A DNA stretch of 64,000 nt from Eukaryota sp. TZLM1-RC (lineage: Eukaryota; Protista; Metamonada: BaSk clade): assembly GCA_040285825.1 (NCBI GenBank), contig JAUPSS010000006.1, positions 124,001 through 188,000 of the forward strand, written 5' to 3'. The notes under the pieces are model-generated. The model made no database searches. It was not told the origin of the DNA and was given only the letters and a program-made list of their open reading frames with translations. Made by a program: the position numbers and the translations under genes. Of the stretch, positions 45,231 to 57,420 are shown piece by piece. Each line of letters starts with the position of its first letter. Position 1 is the first letter of the stretch.

Positions 45231-46403
45231 ACATTTGTTATTTTCAAGATTTCTTTAATTTATTTCAAAATACAAAGTATTTGCTGAACATTTTTATCAA
45301 AAAGCATGTTAAATAATTCGGAAAATGGTAATTGACATTGTTGAATAATGTAGCTTATGATTAAGTTGTTCTAAATCAACGGTTTAGTTAAAATAAAACG
45401 AAATAATGAGATTATAGTTGTTTTTTCATTTTTCGGTAACTTGCATGATAAAGGTAATGAGTAATGAATTTATGATAAAGCCTACCAAGACCGTTTCTCG
45501 ATTGACAAAATTATGCAACCTCCAATGCATGGACAGTTGAAAATTGAATGAAGATCACCATCCAATACTTTTAATGTCCCCTGCGCCTTCTCTGAAAGCA
45601 TCAGTTAGGCACATGTAGTGGAACTACACTAATTAGTAAAAGGTAAAAAGTGCATTAATGTAGAGCAATCATTCCCAAGAAATAGAAAACACTTCCCCTC
45701 TACATCATGGTATAATACACTTTTTCAATAACCAAACCTCAGAAGCTACATCTTCAAGGATACATTCATCCCTTACCAATTGATTGTCCACTTCTTCGTA
45801 GATTCTTTGACGAACTTCATCTTCTGAAACCAAAGATGTGCTTCTCGACAATTCACTTGCTTCATGTGCTTTCTCCTCATCAATCGAAGTCAAACTCTAT
45901 CCACAAGAGGGGCAGTTCTTCAACTGAAGACTAACTTTCCATTCCTCTCCACCAACATTTCACATCGTTGTTTTGAATGTACTGTCACCATTTGTGTTGC
46001 TGAAACTACTCTGGACAAAGCTTTGGTCAAGTTTGGCTACTCTGTAACTCATCCATCATTGCAATGGCAAATCGTCTATTCAAGCTTATTACATTTATTA
46101 ATATTGCACTCAGTGAACTGTTGAATCGCTTTTTATGTTTTATAAGGTTGATAAATTTTTGTACAAAGTGGGTAATAAATGTACCTTTATTTCAGTTAAA
46201 ATTGGTGTAAAGTTGATGTTTAAACAAACTAATTCAAAACTTTTATTTATTTTAATATCATTGATCAATTTACAATTCTACTGAAAATTGAACAAGTTTA
46301 AGGTCAAGGCTTTGATTAGTAAGATCATTTTGTTGGAATTGGTGAAAATTGAAAATAAACAATGACTTTACAAAAAATGATTTATAAAACAAATCAAACA
46401 CAA

Positions 46404-47774
46404 TTACTCCACAATATACAATCTGTGATCATGCCGAACAATTACATTTTGTGTACTTGAGTAGCCGAACGCAAAATAAGGATAATAAAAATCTCCATCT
46501 AATCTAGGTAGTTCACCATTTAAATCAATATAACCTGAACCAACCTCCTTCAAATTAATGGTGTAATTAACTAAATCAACAGTGATTTCAATTACATCAC
46601 CTTGTTTCCATTGGGAAGTGGTTCCAGAGGTGTTGAAGGGTTCACCACTACCATTATGACAACCATAGACATCAGAGTGATTGAACCTAGAAGAGTCAAA
46701 CTTTTTCCCAGCAATAACACCAATAGCAAAACCACCATCATCACCTTGATAACGAACCCTCCATTTATGAACACTACCATGCTTCAAGGGTTTATCTCCT
46801 CTAATTTGTTGGTAACCACCACCACCACCACTTTCAGCCACCAAACCATTATCAGAAACAAAAACCTTATCATGCTTAAATTCCTTGGAAAAAACCACAC
46901 CACCAAAAGATTGAGCAACATTACTGGTGGTTTTGGGTTCACCAAACTTAGTGGAATCAACAACATTCATGATTATTTTAGCAATTTCGAGGAATTTACC
47001 CTCAATTCTAGAAATATTATCTTTTGCATCAGAAAAACAGCCTTTGATCTCATTCTTTAAACAAGGAGCAGTTTGGTTGAGGGTAACAGGGTTTCCAGAA
47101 AAAAAGACGTCAGTGGAGCTTGGAACCTTGCAAGAGTCAATGCAAGATTTGAGGGATTCTAGGCAATCGCCGATCGATCGGGAGAGTTGAGATGTGGCTT
47201 CACTGGCTACTTCTTTGGCTTGGCAAAGGCATTGTTCAAGGTCGTTGTTAATGGTGGTAATGGTGGTGGTGTAGGAATCAAGAGCTTCATCGAGAGGGAG
47301 CATATCGCCATGGGAGGAGTGCCCGTCCACAAGACAGCAGTTAACACAAACAGGGATTGAGCACTGCTGACAAAAGTACTCCAAGGGCTTTGTTTTGTGC
47401 TTGGTACACTTCTTGGGGAGAAGGGGACTTTCATGCAGGGGTACAACAGTGTGGGATCGAAACACACCCATTGAGTGGACAATACCTGTACAACTTTGAC
47501 ATAGAGATGATGTACAATCGTGACAGACGACGGCGGCAGGAGCTTCTTCACACCGCTCGCATCGAGGAGGAGAGAGGGACATGTGTTCAATGGCCTCTCT
47601 CAGACTAATGTTCACATGCAAACTCTTTCTCTCGGCAGGACGACGGCATTCAGGACAAGTTTGGCTCTTCTCAAACCATGGACGGAGACATTTGTTAAGA
47701 CAAAAGCTATGTCCACAGGTCAATGAGCAAGGTTCATGCATAGTTTCGTGGCAAATGGAGCATGTGAGGATCAT
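46404..47774 (-). CDS. TRIM-like E3 ligase: RING - B-box1 - B-box2 - helical linker - SPRY/B30.2-like domain, copy 2
   Basis: Same architecture as 31006-32355; central region almost identical, SPRY loops and B-box1 divergent. Confidence 0.85.
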   Translation of the reverse strand: MILTCSICHETMHEPCSLTCGHSFCLNKCLRPWFEKSQTCPECRRPAERKSLHVNISLREAIEHMSLSPPRCERCEEAPAAVVCHDCTSSLCQSCTGIVHSMGVFRSHTVVPLHESPLLPKKCTKHKTKPLEYFCQQCSIPVCVNCCLVDGHSSHGDMLPLDEALDSYTTTITTINNDLEQCLCQAKEVASEATSQLSRSIGDCLESLKSCIDSCKVPSSTDVFFSGNPVTLNQTAPCLKNEIKGCFSDAKDNISRIEGKFLEIAKIIMNVVDSTKFGEPKTTSNVAQSFGGVVFSKEFKHDKVFVSDNGLVAESGGGGGYQQIRGDKPLKHGSVHKWRVRYQGDDGGFAIGVIAGKKFDSSRFNHSDVYGCHNGSGEPFNTSGTTSQWKQGDVIEITVDLVNYTINLKEVGSGYIDLNGELPRLDGDFYYPYFAFGYSSTQNVIVRHDHRLYIVE

Positions 47775-49796
47775 GGGGAGAAGGGAAGTGTTTGGTGCTG
47801 TTTTGTTACAGTTTTAGAAAGGTTGCTTGACTTCAAAAGACCAATTGACTGCTATTTTAATTCTGGAACAATTGAATGGGAATTGGCAAGGCCCTTTTGT
47901 CATTCAGCAATGCAGAAGACTTCTCCTTGACTGTTGTTATAGTCCAGCATTGTGAATTTCGTCCTATACAATGTTGCTGCGATATTCTTAAATTGCTATT
48001 GTGTCAAAATAGTAGCACAACTAGTGGGATCAAGTAACGCTTCCACTAGGTTCTGTTGATGGTGTTCATGTTGATTTCATTGTATGGGTGTATAGTTTAA
48101 AAATTGCAATATTTATTGCAAAATTTAATCTTATTGATGACTCAATAGTTTCACAAGATTGTCTTCAACAACACAACAACAATCAATCAAAGCAACCTCA
48201 TAAGTTTTAAATTGTTTTTATAACAAGTGGTGCTTTAAGTTGATCAAACCATCACTTCTCTTTATTATATCAATTTTGATTATAATATGGCAATTCTGCC
48301 ACAAGAAGTGTTGTGGAGGAACCATGATTTTGCATAAACAGTCCTGCTCAAAACAATTTATTACTGAAAACGACTGAATTCTACAAGAAAAACGGAATCT
48401 TTCAGACAAACATCATCAACAACTCACTATTGAGGTTTCCATTTTTGGACGAAATTTTCCCTGTGGTTATCGGGATTGAAGATGATATCTTGTCCAATTA
48501 GATTTGGCAAAATGAACTGGAAGTCATTACACTGAAACTTGTTATCACGACTAGAACATGTCGACACGTCATAAATTGCCACGTCACCATTACCAAGCAA
48601 AACGTTGACAGAATCAAAAAACCTCATGATAAGTGATATTGCTGCTTCTGGAAAACCAAACTAATATTGAGTCCTGCATAGTATTGCGATTTAAAAGTCC
48701 AAAAAAGGCATAGTCTCCAAATCAAGGAAAATTAAGTGATTGAGGAGGAGGATGAGCTAGAATCGCTAGAGAAAGAGACAGCTTCAGATGGAGAAGAAAT
48801 GTGTATCTGTGAGTGTTCACTTGAGGGTATAAGTGTTTATAAAGCGTTGCAGAAAGATCACAAAGTCGGAAAAGTGAGTCCAATTCAGATGCAGAGGGAA
48901 GGGTTCTTGAACCAAATAGAAAATTGACCACCAGGTGTTGTAGAAAGATGAAGGATTTCTGAAGATGATAAAAGAAACACAACAACAGCAGAATTTCATT
49001 GAAAAGGAGAAGACTCGCAGGTGATTAACACAGCATGATTCATTATTGGAGGGTGTGCTTCTTGTCTTATTGGATTTCTTATTATGCTCAAATTTGAGGA
49101 TCATTACCTTTTTCGATGAGTCTTCCATACTTCTATACCACCAAGACTGTTGTTAGGTCATGCACTAAAGGTGCGTTTGGGTTTTGCATTGTAAAATGAA
49201 TTAAACACATTGAATTAATGACAAGCAATGATGCAGGTCTGGAATTTGCTGATGGCATTTGTTTGAACAATTGATGTGTCCTAATAAACAAAGTTGCTTC
49301 TACAATTACAACAAATTTGAAGCAAGATTTATAAAAAAGTAGATGTAGGATCAGGTTCGGACTGCAGATGAGATGACATAAATGAAAGAATCAGGAAAAG
49401 ATCGAGTACTGAGTGAGAAACCTTGACAAAAAAACCACATCTAAATAGAATCGAAAAGTTTGGTTCTTTTAGAAAAGCTGAATGGAGTTTGTGATGTCTG
49501 CATGGAAAGAGTAACAAAATAAAAACGACACGTCAACCGTGATTTTGGTTGTCAGCATGATACACGTCATGAAACGTCATTGTGAAATTAGAGAGACTCT
49601 TCAGTTATCTACAATTAGTTAAAAAATATTAGTTATTAAAAGTTAAAGTAAAATATGCTGCTTTAAAACAAAGGGACTAAAAGAAACTACAAAAACACCC
49701 ATACACTGCACATATACAAAGAACGATAATAAGGATAAAAGGTGAAATAAAGATAAATATAACGGGGCTAAACCAAACCCAAAGTTTAACCCAAAA

Positions 49797-50147
49797 TCAT
49801 GGAGATTTCTGACTCATCTCTGCCTTCTCAACACGTTGAAATAAAGAATTCACCAATAGAGAGGCCTTCTTCATATCATCCTTGTTTGAGAAGAACACCG
49901 CACCCAGACTGTTATGGAATTGATGTGACACTAGAATAAGAGTGCCTTCTGATGATGTAGGTGACATAACAGAGTCGAAATATGTTATAGAATCCCCATG
50001 GTCAGTGAGGTCCGTTGCAAACTTGTGCAAGACTCGAACAAGTGGACAAAGAGAGGATTCACACGTGTCCCACTTGTTTGTTTCAAAGAATAGAGAGTTC
50101 CCCTCAGAGTCCAGAAGGAGAGAACCCTTGTATGATGGAAAACGCAT
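49797..50147 (-). CDS. Small roadblock/LAMTOR-like protein
   Basis: First in-frame ATG at 50147. Pattern GSLLLDSEG..helix..beta hairpin..GAVFF..helix fits the roadblock fold (LAMTOR5-like); from recall only. Confidence 0.5.
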   Translation of the reverse strand: MRFPSYKGSLLLDSEGNSLFFETNKWDTCESSLCPLVRVLHKFATDLTDHGDSITYFDSVMSPTSSEGTLILVSHQFHNSLGAVFFSNKDDMKKASLLVNSLFQRVEKAEMSQKSP

Positions 50148-52214
50148 TTCAAGGTGAATGAGACTTTGTTGCAAAATCAAAAATGGTGATTTTGTAGTTC
50201 TATTGCAATCCTGGGATATTTACCTCGTAGATGAGTATTTATTACTACAACCTTATTCACGTGATACTACACATAAATTAAAACAAAAAGGAGATAAATG
50301 CCTATTACAGCTGGTTTCAGTACCAATACACAAAGAATGCAATTTACTGTTTTCTCTTTTGCACATATGTTTCAGAAAAGGATTGATAATTTTGCCAAAT
50401 AACAGACATATGCTCATGAATCATAACCAATGCAATTCTCAACACTGAAGGTTGACAATGGCATATCGACACGACTTACCAATAAGAAATATTCAAAAGG
50501 GAATTTTCAAAAAGTCGACGTCTCTTTGATTGAGACACCTTTTCTCAATGCCGGTATTTTCTTTAAAGAATGTTAGAAATACCTTTTTCTCAATGTTGTG
50601 AGGGTTACTCTTCCGGAATAGAATGTTAGAGCTATTTTCTTCAACTCTGAGCACTGACCGCTGTACGGACGTTTCCGGATGTAATACCTTGCTTGAATTT
50701 AACTTCAAAAATAGATTGTTTGTCGAGTCTTTTATTTCTGGTGTGACTAACTATGTCTTGATGGTTCCAAGTACTTCCTTCGCAGATAAGTTGGTATGAT
50801 CAGCAATAAAGACCTTCGTTGTACGAAAAGTTTAAAACTGACTGCTGTGTTGAGATAAAGCATTGACTTTTACAAATTTGGCATCAGCTGAAGGTTGGAT
50901 AAGTTGAAATGTTCGACATAATTTCCGACATAATTTCAATGAAGTTATTACAGTGGACAAGGTGCAAATGTTGTACAAGTTTAATTTGGTTTCGATAAAA
51001 TTTGAGGAGTTGATTTGGATGTTGAATAGTTTCTTGTTGAGATTAATTGGATTGCAAAATTTTATTTAGAAGAAACAATTTCTTTAAATTTTAGCAATGA
51101 ACTTGTATTGATCACCTAATGATTATCTCAACATAGTGCATTACATTGTAAAAGCTGACCAGCAAGGAGAACAAAGTCCAAATAATTGGATTGCCACATA
51201 AAAAAAGTGCTGATTCAAGTAATTACAAATGATTTAATTACAATTATTGTTAGTTGTACCCTTTGATGATACCAAGTAATCGGTAATACAATTTGTCGAT
51301 TTTCAGTATGGGGTAACTATCAATTTTAACAAATAATATAACATTTTAAACACAGATATAATTCCCCAAATATTGTTCTTCACCGAACAAGCTTCTATCC
51401 ACAAATGTGTTGCCTATAAATGCAAGCGTAATATGACTGTTCATCATCAAAAAAGAAAAGAAAGCATGTACTGACTTGTACAACTATCTCGTCACAAATG
51501 CCGCAAATCAGAAAAACTCATCTCCCATTTCAATATCATGGTCCTAAATGGTAAAAACTCTTTCTTGTATAAAATTTATTTTTGCCTTTGATTGAACAAT
51601 TTACAATAGACCAACATAGTCATTCTAATTTTATACTGCAGAAATTGTTATATGAAGAGAATTTTGAACGATGAGTTATTTGGCAATTCAATTTTCACTT
51701 TCCCTACATTTTCCTCAACGTCAGTAGTCACTTTAATCGAATCTTCTTAATCACATTCAAATTCCAAATATCATTGAAAACAAGTATATGAGGTCATGAA
51801 AATGAAAAGAATCCATGTTTTGTAAACAGAAATTATGAAAGTAATCTGGGATTGAGTCCCACCCTAGTTTCATCAAAATAAGTGTACAGTCAAAATAAAA
51901 TATGAACTTTCACATTACTCTGTGGGTAATTTGTTGGATATTTTAGAAAAGATTGTTTGGAATAATGAATTTGAAAAGTCCAAATATTTCGTCATTTTCA
52001 TTTTTGGATGTTCGATCCTCTTGTTGCTTCACACAAAGCCATCATACATATCCTGCCCAATCATCAATTACATCAGTTACTAGCTATTCTCGTCAATCTC
52101 TCAATTATCCTGACTCAATGTCATGAAGAAGTAACTGAATCTCATGCTACGACCACCATCACTTCTTCTTATGCATTTCGTCAACTTTTCCCTAAATGTG
52201 TGACGATCTATTAA

Positions 52215-54255
52215 ACAATTTTTTTATTATTATATTCTACGAAGAATCAAATAAAAACAAAACAAACTAAAACACATAAGAAACTAAATTCTCCACGCCA
52301 ACTCTTGATGAATCCTTATAAAGTTTGGACATCATTAAACTCAAGTACGTGGGAACACTTCTGTACAAAGCGAAAATGATACGATTTTTCCATAAATTCT
52401 CTGCAAATTTCTTACCACTTGAACGACATAAATTACCAAAATCATTGATGAAATCCAAGGCGGATTGTCCAATGTTGCCAAAAATCGAGAAGGCAAAAGG
52501 AACAAACGAAAACTTCGAATAAAGGTTCTTATTTAAATCATTTAATATCTCAGTATATTTATCTCTCTTACGATCTTCAGCCTTGTGTAAATGACCATTA
52601 TTACTAAGTAAAACATCATCGCGATAAACAAAAGCAAAGAGATCTACTGTAGTGAAATCAACAACAACTTGAGAGGAATCCACAAAAGGAGCAATTAAAT
52701 CACCTCGACGTGAATTAAACAGATTATCATCACTATAATGCTTCAACAAAGGTTCTACTTTGCAACTAAAATTGTAACACTTAAACATTTCATATGTCAC
52801 ATCACGAACGGCATTATGAAGAACTGACCTATATTGGAGAAATTTCTTACAGCTCACAACATGACGGAAATTGGTAGTAGGTTTTTTGTTACAAATACAA
52901 TAAGAATTGTCCAAAAGACCATTTGGATACATCCCTAATCTCAATCGCATGTTTTTTTTCCAAGCTTCATTTGTTAAGTGAAGATCAAATGGCCTTGGTT
53001 GCTGAGATATTAAACTAGTACAGTTCTGAATGTCTGATAAAAAGGCAGCAAAGACGGAATTATTAATCTTAGTCACACTAAGTCGTTTAGAAAAATCCAG
53101 GTCTTCAAAACCAATAAGAACAGACTTCTGTAATTTCACAACAGCAAGATGAAGGTTGGTGAAAGATCTCGAAGGCACAGCAGGCAAACTTGAAGGAAAA
53201 CTCCTATTCCAAATATCAACAGGTAGTTCTTGCACCATTTTTTCAAGAGAAATTAATAACGGATGTGATTCATTTAAAGGAATATGATCAAAACGAAGTT
53301 TCCATTCAAAAAGAAAATTTTTCATACCACCAATAAAAGCACTTTTGCATAAATACTCTGCTTTTGAAAAACCAACTCCACCAAATTTAGGACTAAAAAA
53401 TGCATGATAAGGAATTTTAGATGGACAAACTTCTACTAAATTTCCTAAGAAATTTGTTCTCAAAGTAGTGAATTGACGTGCAAAATCATGAGAAATTGTG
53501 GGAGATAAAGAACGAAGAAGATGAATAATTTTTGATCCAAAACACACATTTAGGACCGAAAACGCTAAATGTTTGTCAATTTCTAGATCTTGAATAGCCA
53601 AAAGTTGCTCTTCGATTTTTTCCAAAATACCTGACAAAATCGATTTAACTTTTTCACTATTTCCAAAATAAGATCCAAGAAACCGAATAGCATCTTCCTC
53701 GTAATCAACGTATTTGATAAAAGTTTCATTAAATGCCACCTCCGCATGCTGATTACCAATAATGAAACACTTGGGCAATTTAATGTCTAACCCTATTTGT
53801 TTGGCCAGAAAAACAAAATGTTGTAAACCGTGTTGTAAAAGAGACAAAGGGCCAATAAGTGATAAATCATCTGCATAAGCACAAATATGAATGTCAGGAA
53901 AATCCGACTTAAATTTTACCAAAACTGATTGCAGTGCTAGGCAAAAGAAAAATGGACCCAATGGATCCCCTTGTTTGACCCCTCTTGACGAAACAATATT
54001 CTCAGAATGAAAAATTAAGTTAGAGGGTGATCCATACATCAATTTAAAATACGGCAAAAGTGAAGGATAGTGTAGTTCAAGTTCTTGCAAAATACTGGAG
54101 CGAAAAACGGAGTTGAAAGCATTTTTAAAATCAATGTTCAATAAATAATTTTCGCCTTTTTGATTGAAAAGTAAATCTGTACACAACGCAGCACATGTTG
54201 TGCCATCAGGAATTCCGATAGCAAACTGATAAGGACGAAAATAATTAATTGCGGA
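52215..54255 (-). mobile_element. CRE-like non-LTR retrotransposon, RT + zinc knuckle + RLE; 5'-truncated but open
   Basis: At least 639 codons with no stop. RT: YQFAIG, IDFKNAFNS, GVKQGDPLGP, AYADD, FLG, GGVG. Knuckle and RLE: CIC-x9-HVVSC, LHNAVRD, RRGD..DFT, AEDRKRDKY, FVPFAFSIFG. Short A-rich tail. Confidence 0.95.
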
Positions 54256-54301
54256 TTACTATAAATTAAGATTTTTCTTTATTTATTTTCTTTATTGAAT
54301 T

Positions 54302-55085
54302 CTAAAATTTAGATAGTGTAATGGAAGGAATATAACGACCTGGTCTTTCGAAAAATGGTTTCACAAAGTCTTTCATTTTTATTTTTTTCCACAATTCTCC
54401 ATAAAAAAAAGAAGCATCTTCTCGATACATTTTAGCATAACAGAAAAAGAGAAGATTGACTGAAGCCATTGCCTCATAATTTAAACTTTCAATTGTCTTC
54501 AAATGTGGACAAAGTCTAAATATAACCTCATCTGTAGTATCAATCAATTCCTCTACTAATTCAAATGGAATTGATTTGTATAAATAAAAGTTGGCAATTA
54601 TAGTATTAGTTATTTTTGTAATCAGGCTCATTAAAAAAAGTTCTTTCGATGGCACATAATATTTTTTGTTGAAGAGGAGAGAATTCTAAATTACAAAGGT
54701 TATCATATATTTTTTCACATTCAATCAAATAATCCTCATCTTTACTAATTTCTTCATAAGCCCTATCATCCATTAAATAATGCTCCAAATCATCTTCATC
54801 TTTCAACTCATCAAGAAAAGCTAGAGCATATTGAAATGCGAATGACCTAAAGTTTCTTTCTCCCCATTTTAATCTAAAGTCTCTATATTTTTCATATTTC
54901 ATTCTTAAATATTCAAACCATCCATATAAATTTTTCTCATAATTAGCCTTTTCAATCAAATCATATTCATTGTAAGGAACTTTTTCCCCACTAACCATAT
55001 CCACATATTCATCTCCATCCTTTTTTTCTATTTTCTTAAAAGCTTTTGATAATAATCTCAACGTAGAATAGTAATCAAGTCTCAT
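54302..55085 (-). pseudogene. Orphan intronless ORF (~260 aa) broken by one +1 frameshift; virus-like composition
   Basis: MRLDYYST...EPDYK continues as ITNTIIANFY...LSKF if one A is removed from the A5 run near 54615. Rich in K/E/D/Y/F, very low in C. Confidence 0.55.
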
Positions 55086-57420
55086 TAAGAATAAATAAAT
55101 TAATATTATTACAATAAATAAAATGAAGAAATTTACGATAAAAATCTTAATTAGAATTGTGAAATTGTTAATCTCATTTGGCTTCTTCATCACTATTAAT
55201 CACACATTGAGAATTCCATATGACTTGGATGGACAGTTCTGAATGTATGAATGTTTTGTGAACGTAGCAAACTTTCATTTTCACACTAATTTTCACCATT
55301 CCTAACTTATTCTATTTTGAAGACCTTGAATGTGCCTTAGTCTTGCACAGTGAAAGTAACAATATGTGCTCTTGTCAAAAATTTGCCAAACTTATCTTAA
55401 TGGTTGAACACTGTTGGCCAGTTAATGTTGCTGACGATATTTCTGATCCAGAACAATCTGATAATTGAACTAGATTTTGATTCATCTCAACAATGTTCTA
55501 CTCCTGATCAACAGACTAGAAGCAGTCAGCATGCTCAATTTGCTTGGGATTAACCAAAAATTAGTGTTTTCTGTCATTTGAAAGCACCATAGTGTTAGCA
55601 GTAACCTTAACCTTTGTCCAATTGTCTTCCTGGCTTCTTCATCTCTTTTGGATGAACCATTGAACGTTCCACGCTGGAAGATGTATCCAAAGTACAGATT
55701 GTACAGATTGTTTAGTAATTTTTTTTCAGTGACATTGAACTAAAATGTAAATATAGTTGATTTTGCTCTTTCTATTGATAATTATAGCTTTACATGACCT
55801 TACTTGACTTCATTCTGGTTATTGCGAGAATTGCTTAACGTCTTTGTCTTGACAAAAATTACTGTTTTACAAAATGTTTTAACAAAACAAACAAATCACT
55901 TTCCCCAATACCTTTGTCTAGACTTTGTCATTATCGATGACGTTTACAACTTACCATCACAAATATCAACAAATTAAAAACACTTTCGAGAAGCAATTGA
56001 AGAAGCAGTCGAAATGGTAATTTTCTAATAGTTGAACTAAAAAAGTCAAAAGAAACATGAGTCACAGAAATTATAAAACCATTTCCTTAAAAGACTTTTA
56101 ATAGAGTTTTCAAATTTCCTTTATTAACGAAATCACCTAGATAAAATGATTCATCATATTGACAACTGATCAACATCATGCATGACCTCGTCTGGTGGTA
56201 ACGTTCAAACCAAATCATTTGTACCTAATCTACGAACAAATTGTTTATTGATTTGTAAATATTTGATCTGGAATTGGTGATGAACAACAGACGTACCAAT
56301 AATGCACAATTATTTTCATAATTTGACAATAGTTATTTGTGTAAAGGTTTTCACCCAATCTGGACGAGGGTCAACACTACAAGGACGGTAATCAAATTTT
56401 GTCCATAAAACAATAAAAAATTTCTTTGTTCCATTTGAAATATAAGTGTTGAGATGTTCTTCACAAGTACTATTGAGTGATTTTTTTTAATATTTTTCAA
56501 TATTTTTCCAAAATGTCATGAAAGTAATTGTAATCCAAATACCGTTCCATTGTATTGGTTTGTGCATGGTTTTATTTACAGCTAAGTCATTTTGATCATA
56601 TGTTCAACAAGTTTACCATTTGATTTTTTGCAGATTTGTTCCAAATATCTTCCCAACGATCCAATGCTAATTTTGTCCAAGGCCTTGTTATTCACTTCCT
56701 TCACTTTGATAACTACAATGCGATTTTTTTGTTTAAATTAAAATAATGATCATTTTCTTGCACAGAGAATACACAATGTTTTTTAAAAAATTTGAAAAAT
56801 TTAAAAAATCGGCATCGGTATAAGCTTCCATCTTGCACGCTGTTTTAAATCATCATTATATTTAAATTGTACGATTTTGTTTGTAATTCGAACATACTTT
56901 CACGTCTCAATAAATTTAATTAAATAGAATATTTATACAGCAAGCAAGCTCTAAGCACAATATGCTCCAACAGCCTTCCAATTTTAGTTATAGGCATTTC
57001 TGGGTGTAACTTGTCCTTTTTTTGAATTAATTTGATACTTGTTTGCAATGTATCCAGCGGTCGGAAAAACGTGTTCTGATGCAACTTAAATGGCCTGTAT
57101 TCCCAGATAACTTTTGGCAGAAATGTAGAGACTGGGAAGCGCAGTTTGATTCCTAATTTATTATTTACCACCACTGCAGAGGTTGCTTTTGATGTGCACG
57201 AATTTAATTGATTTATTTGAGTTAAACTATGTACAAAACATGTTTACCAGAATAAACTTACACCTAATCTCAACTATGCAATTTATTAAATCGTGGTAAC
57301 TTTAATGCAGCTTATTTTTCCATAAAAACGTTATAAACCGAGGAGCGAGATTTTGGAAACCCCTAATCATTTTCAAATTCAATAATTAGTAATTTGAAAT
57401 CGTTTCCTTTCACCAAATCA

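Noticed and set aside
45700-46120. Coding-like acidic fragment
   Set aside because: Interrupted by stops, with no recognisable family.
48200-49300. Several short ORFs, possibly a decayed gene or transposase
   Set aside because: No diagnostic motif and no consistent frame.
31006-54255. Diversity-generating retroelement explanation for variable loops near an RT
   Set aside because: Differences are not adenine-specific and include indels, there is no template repeat, and the RT is a non-LTR CRE type.
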